Shown: positions 60,690 through 64,000 of the stretch, piece by piece | How the letters are laid out: each line of letters begins with the position of its first letter | Position numbering within the stretch: the first letter of the stretch is position 1 | Assembly: GCA_965200895.1 (NCBI GenBank) | Contig: CBDAVM010000001.1 | Location: 2,484,335-2,548,334 of the forward strand | Direction of reading: 5' to 3' | Source of the DNA: Vicinamibacterales bacterium | GTDB taxonomy: Bacteria; Acidobacteriota; Vicinamibacteria; Vicinamibacterales; UBA8438 | Length of the DNA stretch: 64,000 bases | Notes under the pieces: model-generated | Told to the model about the DNA's origin: nothing | Databases searched by the model: none | What the model saw: only the letters and a program-made list of their open reading frames with translations | Made by a program: the position numbers and the translations under genes

Positions 60690-61010
60690 TCAGTCGGCTG
60701 GCGCCGTCCGTTCGAGGAGTTGAAGCAGCAGGCCGCGGATCTCGCGGATGTCGGTCTGCATCTCGTCGATGCGTCGGTTCTGGTCGTTGAACCGCTCGTT
60801 CGTGGAGCGATTCGTGTCGTCGATGCGGGCGTTGATGGTGGCGTACTGCTGCATCAGCATGGCGTTCTGCTGGATCATCATGCTGTCGAGGGTGACCAGC
60901 AACAGGGCGATGGCCACGCCGGTGGCAACGATCCACCGGGCGTCGGTCGAGAGTCTCGGCTTCGCGGGTCCGGCTGCGTGCTCGGCGGCGATGGCGGTCG
61001 TGTCGGCCAT
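60690..61010 (-). CDS. Small membrane-anchored coiled-coil protein
   Basis: Strong SD AAGGAG. TM helix WIVATGVAIALLLVTL, then INARIDDTNRSTNERFNDQNRRIDEMQTDIREIRGLL. Local GC is lower than the surroundings. Confidence 0.6.
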   Translation of the reverse strand: MADTTAIAAEHAAGPAKPRLSTDARWIVATGVAIALLLVTLDSMMIQQNAMLMQQYATINARIDDTNRSTNERFNDQNRRIDEMQTDIREIRGLLLQLLERTAPAD

Positions 61011-61130
61011 GAGTGAAGTCTCCTTTTTCCGTGATTTTACAGGGGATTCGGGACGGCGGATCCACTGGACCCACTGACGCACGTACGCGATCGGAGCCCA
61101 CAGGACGCGCACAGGCGGTGGCCTCCGTCA

Positions 61131-61440
61131 GCCGGTTACCGTCGTACGTCGCATTCCCGGCACACGCGCGTCGCGAGCGCCGCCCAGCCTTATGCACGGC
61201 TGGGCGTGCCGAAGCTCTGGCTCTGGACGCGCACCGGCGCCGAGCCGGACAGCCGCCCCTGCAGATGCTCGCCGGCCGGAGACGACCGCGTCCGACACCG
61301 TCCGTGGCTTGGGGCCCGCGTGATCTGGAAGTTCTCCTGCGCGAACCGGACGACCTCGCTCGCGATCAGCAGGCCAAGGCGCCGGCGGCGCGTCTGGCGC
61401 CCGCCTTCGCGCGCCGGTGGCCTGCGGGCCGCTCTCGAAA
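61131..61440 (+). pseudogene. Degraded copy of the 3' half of a Uma2-family gene
   Basis: 61181..61425 aligns by eye with 60281..60545 (...ggctgggcgtgccgaagctctggctctggacgcgcaccggcg... vs ...ggctgggggtgccggaactctggctctggacacgcaccggcgg...), with several indels that break the frame. Confidence 0.75.
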
Positions 61441-61539
61441 GCTGCTCTGTAGCATGTAGTAGCGCAGAAAATCGGACCGATACGTCTGGAGTGGCCGGAG
61501 CACATGGAACTCACCAGGGTGAGTGCTTCCAACCTGGAG

Positions 61540-61569
61540 TTTACAATAAGGCCTCTTGATGGCTATTGT
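61540..61569 (+). promoter_or_regulatory. Candidate promoter of the XRE-ImmA/PIN cassette
   Basis: TTTACA (61540..61545), an 18-nt spacer, then TATTGT (61564..61569), in a lower-GC patch. An overlapping TACAAT lies at 61542..61547. Confidence 0.3.
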
Positions 61570-61588
61570 CAACCCTCGGGGAGGCGGC

Positions 61589-62671
61589 ATGTTCGGACAA
61601 CGGCTCAGGCTGGCCCGGAAGAAGGCGGGGTTCTCGATGCGCGACCTCGCCGGACGCCTGTCGCGCCCGGTGTCGGCCCAGGCGATCAGCAAGTACGAAG
61701 CGGGCAGGATGATGCCGAGCTCGGCGTTGCTGGTCGACCTCGCGCGGACGCTCGGCGTTTCGCTCGACTTCCTGATGGGCGGTCAGGTCGAGGCGCTGGA
61801 AGGCATCGAGTTCCGCAGACATTCGGGGACGTCGGCCAGGGACCGTGCGCGGGCCGAGGCGATCGTGACCGAGGCGCTCGAAGACTACCTCGCGATCGAA
61901 GACATCCTGGAGCTGGAGCCGCCCGTTGACCCGTTCACCGGCCTTCGGTGCGACCGCATCGAGAGCTTCGACGAAGTGGAGAAGAAGGCCGGAGACCTGC
62001 GCGTGCACTGGAACCTGGGCTGGAACCCGATTCCGAGCGTGGCCGGCCTGCTCGAAGGCCACGGCATCAAGGTGATCGAGGCCGATCTCCCCGCGCGGTT
62101 CGACGGTCTCGCCTGTGGCGTGAAGCGCAGCGGCGACCGGGCGGACACCGACGTCGTCGTCACGTCCGGGCGGACCAACGTGGAGCGCCGGCGACTCACG
62201 TTGGCGCACGAGCTGGCCCACCGCGTGATACGGGGCACCGGAAGTCCCGCCATCCGGATCGAGAAGGCGATGCAGCGGTTCGCGGGGGCGTTCCTCGTGC
62301 CTGCGGAACATCTCCGCGCAGAGGCCGGCGTGCATCGGCGCGCCCTTGCGTATGGGGAACTGATGCGGCTGAAGCGCTTCTACGGCGTGTCCGCGTCGGC
62401 GATGCTCATCCGCCTGCGCGACGTTGGCGTCCTGGCGGCCGGCACGGTGCAGTACGCCTTCCGGACCTACGCGCGATCCTGGCGCACGAGCGAACCCGAG
62501 CCGATCAGGGACGACGAGGGGCTGGGCGCCTTCGAGAGACCCTCGCGATTCGAGCGTCTCGTCTGGCGCGCTTTTGGGGACGAATTGATCTCCACGGTTC
62601 GCGTCGCGCAGATGTTGAAGCGGCCGCTGCACGACGTGGAACGGGCAATCCGGGGACCGCGGCCCCGGTGA
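61589..62671 (+). CDS. XRE-family HTH fused to an ImmA/IrrE (COG2856) zinc metallopeptidase domain
   Basis: MFGQRLRLARKKAGFSMRDLAGRLSRPVSAQAISKYEAG (HTH_3). HEXXH in TLAHELAHRV. SD GGGAGG before the ATG at 61589. Confidence 0.8.
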   Translation: MFGQRLRLARKKAGFSMRDLAGRLSRPVSAQAISKYEAGRMMPSSALLVDLARTLGVSLDFLMGGQVEALEGIEFRRHSGTSARDRARAEAIVTEALEDYLAIEDILELEPPVDPFTGLRCDRIESFDEVEKKAGDLRVHWNLGWNPIPSVAGLLEGHGIKVIEADLPARFDGLACGVKRSGDRADTDVVVTSGRTNVERRRLTLAHELAHRVIRGTGSPAIRIEKAMQRFAGAFLVPAEHLRAEAGVHRRALAYGELMRLKRFYGVSASAMLIRLRDVGVLAAGTVQYAFRTYARSWRTSEPEPIRDDEGLGAFERPSRFERLVWRAFGDELISTVRVAQMLKRPLHDVERAIRGPRPR

Positions 62672-63039
62672 CCGTCGTCGTCAATGACGCGTCGTGTCTG
62701 ATCGATCTGCACAAGGGGCGGCTGATCGACGTCATGTTGACGTTGCCGTACAGGTTCGAGGTTCCGCTCCCGGTTCGCTATGCGGAGGCGCTCGACTTCG
62801 ATGAACGAGGCTGGCAACACTTGGCGGAATGCGGACTCGTTACCTCCGATCTCCCGCCGGAACGGCTCGCGAGGGCCATGAGCATCAAGACAGCGCATCC
62901 CAGGCTCCCGGCGAACAACTGCATCTGCCTGGTGTCCGCACTGTGTCACGAGCATGGAATCCTGCTCACCGGGGACCGGACACTGCGGCGCGTGGCGATT
63001 CAGAACGGCGTGCGGTACACGGCGTACTGTGGGTCGTAG
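62668..63039 (+). CDS. PIN-like nuclease domain protein (DUF3368/DUF4411-like) coupled to the ImmA/IrrE gene
   Basis: The GTG at 62668 overlaps the upstream TGA. VVVNDASCLIDLHKG (N-terminal Asp) and ILLTGDRTLRRVA (C-terminal Asp). About 123 aa. Confidence 0.55.
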   Translation: MTVVVNDASCLIDLHKGRLIDVMLTLPYRFEVPLPVRYAEALDFDERGWQHLAECGLVTSDLPPERLARAMSIKTAHPRLPANNCICLVSALCHEHGILLTGDRTLRRVAIQNGVRYTAYCGS

Positions 63040-63320
63040 ATGAACTCTGGCGGGCCGGCGCCTGTGGCGTGGATGCGCTGTTGGCGGCCTTGCGCTGTTG
63101 GCAGGAAGACTCGCTCGGGAGCGATACCGGCCGGATCGCGTCGCAGAGCCACCGCCTCCCGGTCATCAGTGAAGGCGTTCCGGAGCCGCTGGAAGACCGG
63201 CCCCAGTCGTTCGCCCTGCCGCTCTCGGCTGGGCCGCCGAATCGCACTCCCGCCACCTGTGCCGGGCGGACACCGGTCGGCGTCAGGAGGCGGGATCGGC
63301 AGTAGCGGGAACTCCGCCAT
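63000..63320 (-). pseudogene. 5' remnant (about 70 meaningful codons) of an S8-peptidase-like partner gene of the AAA+ ATPase
   Basis: MAEFPLLPIPPPDADR...RRPSRERQGERLGPVFQRLRNAF...LRRDPAGIAPERVFL resembles the N-terminus of S8 peptidases encoded after AAA ATPases (from memory). No Asp/His/Ser catalytic region follows. The ORF tail overlaps the convergent PIN gene. Confidence 0.4.
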
Positions 63321-64000
63321 CCGGCGTCTCCTTCTGTTCGGCCACCCGCGACCGCGCCGCCCAGAACGTCAGGCGCTCGCCGACGATCGCCCGCAGCGGT
63401 GCTTCTCCCAGCCCCAGGACGTGGTGCCGCCGCACGTCGCGGCAGAACTCCTCCGCCTCGGCGTAGCTGACCGCGCCGAGGCGCTTCGCGATGGTCACGG
63501 CCGAGCGGCCGAGCGGTTCGTCGAACGTCGCGGCGAACCGTTCGATGTAGGCGGTCAGGTCCCGGCGGGACGGCGCGTCGAGCGCGAGCCGCACCTGGAA
63601 GCGGCGCCATGCGGCGCGGTCGAGCAGTTCGGCGTGGTTCGTCGCCGCGACCACCACGGTATAGCTCGGCAGGTCGTCGACCTGCATCAGCAGCGACGAG
63701 ACGACGCGCTTGATCTCTCCGGTCTCGTGGCGGTCGCCGCGCTCCTTGCCCACGGCGTCGAACTCGTCGAAGAAGAGGACGCAGGGCGTCGTGCGGGCGT
63801 AGTCGAACACACGCCGGAGCCGGGAGGCGGTCTCGCCGAGAAAGCTCCCGATCAGAGCGTCGTAGCGGACGATGAAGAACGGCACGGCCAGCGCTTCCGC
63901 GATCGCCTCGGCGAGGGAGGTCTTGCCGTTGCCGGGCGGCCCCACGAGCAGCACGCGGTGGCGCGGTTCGAGCGAGTGGGCGCGCAGGACCGATGCCCGG
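63283..64000 (-). CDS. AAA+ ATPase (5' end outside the window)
   Basis: Walker A LLVGPPGNGKT. Walker B VLFFDEFD. Sensor-1 VVAATN. Arg finger region AAWRRF. The reading frame is open to the window edge. Confidence 0.85.
   Translation of the reverse strand, partial: RASVLRAHSLEPRHRVLLVGPPGNGKTSLAEAIAEALAVPFFIVRYDALIGSFLGETASRLRRVFDYARTTPCVLFFDEFDAVGKERGDRHETGEIKRVVSSLLMQVDDLPSYTVVVAATNHAELLDRAAWRRFQVRLALDAPSRRDLTAYIERFAATFDEPLGRSAVTIAKRLGAVSYAEAEEFCRDVRRHHVLGLGEAPLRAIVGERLTFWAARSRVAEQKETPDGGVPATADPAS

Noticed and set aside
61013-61459. A 148-aa ORF across the Uma2 relic.
   Set aside because: Only scattered segments match Uma2 (PRDLEVLLREPDDLARDQQAK...). The rest is frame-shifted relative to the intact copy, so it is annotated as a pseudogene.
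1-64000. Search for tRNA, rRNA, IS elements, integrases and prophage genes.
   Set aside because: I saw no cloverleaf-like conserved tRNA boxes in the intergenic regions, no rRNA-like stretches, and no DDE or tyrosine recombinase motifs in any credible ORF. The visual scan is not exhaustive, so tRNAscan and ISfinder runs would be needed to confirm.

Overview
The window is about 70% GC and looks like bacterial chromosome. The gene content suggests an Acidobacteriota-like organism: CarboxypepD_reg-type TonB-dependent receptors, an acidobacterial-type VWFA protein, and a DUF1592/DUF1552 pair. This taxonomic guess is inference only. I found no rRNA, tRNA, CRISPR array, transposase or integrase.

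Gene map:
- 2-21.9 kb (+): two tandem TonB-dependent receptor paralogs, an outer-membrane barrel, a vWA protein plus a decayed vWA relic, and an amplified array of translationally coupled CRTAC1/ASPIC-UnbV lipoprotein + TPR lipoprotein pairs.
- 22.0-30.4 kb (-): one tight five-gene string. It starts with an AsnB-like amidoligase, a small radical-SAM enzyme and a halogenase-fold flavoprotein. Two secreted paralogs follow that fuse a CxxCH heme motif, a PHM/DBH-type copper monooxygenase core with all six Cu ligands, and TPRs.
- 30.6-40.4 kb: two hydrolases, GlcG-like, DUF1080, Gfo/Idh/MocA, and three paralogs of an unnamed secreted family around a DUF6152-like gene.
- 40.4-45.7 kb (+): an operon of an AdoMet-decarboxylase-like gene, a methyltransferase, an internally duplicated exosortase-like membrane protein and a GT-C-like membrane protein.
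- 45.8-53.8 kb: recO, a PQQ dehydrogenase, small coiled-coil genes, DUF1552 and a frameshifted DUF1592.
- 53.7-64 kb: a mosaic, partly decayed defence/toxin-antitoxin island. It holds a DUF262 fragment with a HEPN-like ORF, a secreted ankyrin protein, VapBC, a 733-aa orphan membrane protein, Uma2 plus a Uma2 relic, XRE-ImmA/IrrE + PIN, and an AAA+ ATPase with a truncated S8-peptidase-like partner.

A recurring theme is duplication or recombination scars at gene 3' ends.

The strongest novelty candidates are the heme-Cu-monooxygenase-TPR pair with its upstream three-enzyme cassette, and the exosortase-like operon. All family calls rest on motifs read by eye. No database search was run.
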